A stretch of DNA of 64,000 nucleotides, taken from the NCBI RefSeq assembly GCF_001194135.2, contig NC_068982.1, forward strand, positions 164,010,100 to 164,074,099, given 5' to 3'. The notes under the pieces were generated by a model. That model was not told the DNA's origin, searched no databases, and saw nothing but the letters and a program-made list of their open reading frames with translations. The stretch comes from Octopus bimaculoides (taxonomy: Eukaryota). Both the position numbers and the translations under genes were made by a program. Shown here in pieces: positions 63,905 through 64,000 of the stretch (within the stretch, counting starts at the first letter, position 1; every line of letters begins with the position of its first letter).

Positions 63905-64000
63905 TAGCAGAGGCACCCGGCGTTGCTCGGGAATGAAATTGTTGCTTATATACTGGATGATAAAAAGCAAAATATGCTGTATAGAAATTTGAGGACATTC
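63904..64000 (-). mobile_element. Helitron-like 3' terminus (element extends beyond the window)
   Basis: Minus strand shows the GC-rich hairpin CCCGAGCAACGCCGGG (63931-63916), an 8-nt spacer, terminal CTAG (63907-63904), then T within a (TA)n target. This is the canonical Helitron 3' end. Confidence 0.65.

Overview
AT-rich, microsatellite-dense animal genomic DNA from a draft scaffold with 13 N-gaps. The SINE and LINE families look like those I associate with octopus/coleoid cephalopod genomes; this is recognition from memory, not a database result. I find no confident host protein-coding gene, rRNA, true tRNA or CRISPR array, and almost all listed ORFs are microsatellite or N-gap artefacts. 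The window is a transposon graveyard. It holds: (i) R4/Dong-like REL-endonuclease LINEs, as three different 3' ends stacked head-to-tail in (AAT)n at 1-1400 and a near-full-length decayed copy at about 53.9-56.5 kb fused to an unrelated ORF1/gag-like fragment; (ii) Penelope-like fragments (RT, GIY-YIG) with minimal hammerhead-ribozyme motifs, one with an intact core at 34139-34184, and a tRNA-like A/B-box segment directly behind a GIY-YIG stop codon; (iii) RTE and CR1-like LINE 3' ends; (iv) at least three tRNA-derived SINE families in many copies; (v) a roughly 700-bp foldback element and a Helitron 3' end. The best leads are the hammerhead/Pol III-like Penelope terminus and the (AAT)n-targeted LINE stack. 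Both extend known biology and do not prove a wholly new system.
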